From: Hyphochytrium catenoides | Taxonomy: Eukaryota; Protista; Hyphochytriomycota | Direction of reading: 5' to 3' | DNA: 44,149 bases | Assembly: GCA_900088475.1 (NCBI GenBank) | Contig: FLMG01004237.1 | Location: 1 to 44,149 of the forward strand | Part shown: one piece after another, positions 43,851 to 44,149 of the stretch | How the letters are laid out: every line of letters starts with the position of its first letter | Numbering within the stretch: the first letter of the stretch is position 1 | Made by a program: the position numbers and the translations under genes | Notes under the pieces: model-generated | What the model was told of the DNA's origin: nothing | What the model saw: only the letters and a program-made list of their open reading frames with translations | Database searches by the model: none

Positions 43851-44149
43851 AGCCACAGCGCAAGCTGCTGATGATAACGGGAACAGGATGGTCTTCTGGG
43901 TCTACGCGCTCGTGGGCCCACAGGTCACCATTTCTCTACGTTAGTCTCTACCATCGGCCTGGACAAGGAACCAGGGAAACGCATTTATTCGCTCTTCCCT
44001 TTGGTGTGTGCATCACAGTGCTGGCGACACAGCAAGGAAGACAGGGCAGGGGCGACTGTTGTCATGGACGATGACTTGCCCCTTGCCCCTCATGCTCTCA
44101 CTTCCATCTTCGCTCGACTCCTTTTACTTTTCTTTCTCTCTCTCTCTCT

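Overview
Eukaryotic genomic DNA with GT-AG introns, probably from a flagellated protist (SAR-like affinity is inference only). The window appears to start at or near a chromosome end. Bases 1-1000 are a degenerate CCCTAA-containing subtelomeric repeat. Bases ~1-11 kb are a gene-free zone with decayed retroelements: a DIRS/Ngaro-type tyrosine recombinase relic and two CRE/R2-type RLE non-LTR 3' ends. From 11.7 kb onward there are 12 protein genes: SLC34 Na+/Pi cotransporter, rhodoquinone biosynthesis RquA, a mitochondrial PPR protein, WS/DGAT wax ester synthase, an Ig-like (ASH/PapD-like) protein, a family-6 hypoxanthine-DNA glycosylase, an apparent Hsp90-binding TPR-prefoldin-1 fusion, MCU, a TPR protein, a WD40 protein, a cyclophilin and UNG. 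A Harbinger-type MITE and GA/CT microsatellites are also present. Top leads: (1) the in-frame TPR-prefoldin subunit 1 fusion; (2) mitochondrion-targeted rquA next to a wax ester synthase, the enzyme pair used in Euglena-type wax ester fermentation; (3) splice acceptors sitting 3-17 nt before most start codons (possible SL trans-splicing); (4) an apparent CTAG excess suggesting non-CG cytosine mutagenesis. All gene models were spliced by hand; no searches were run.
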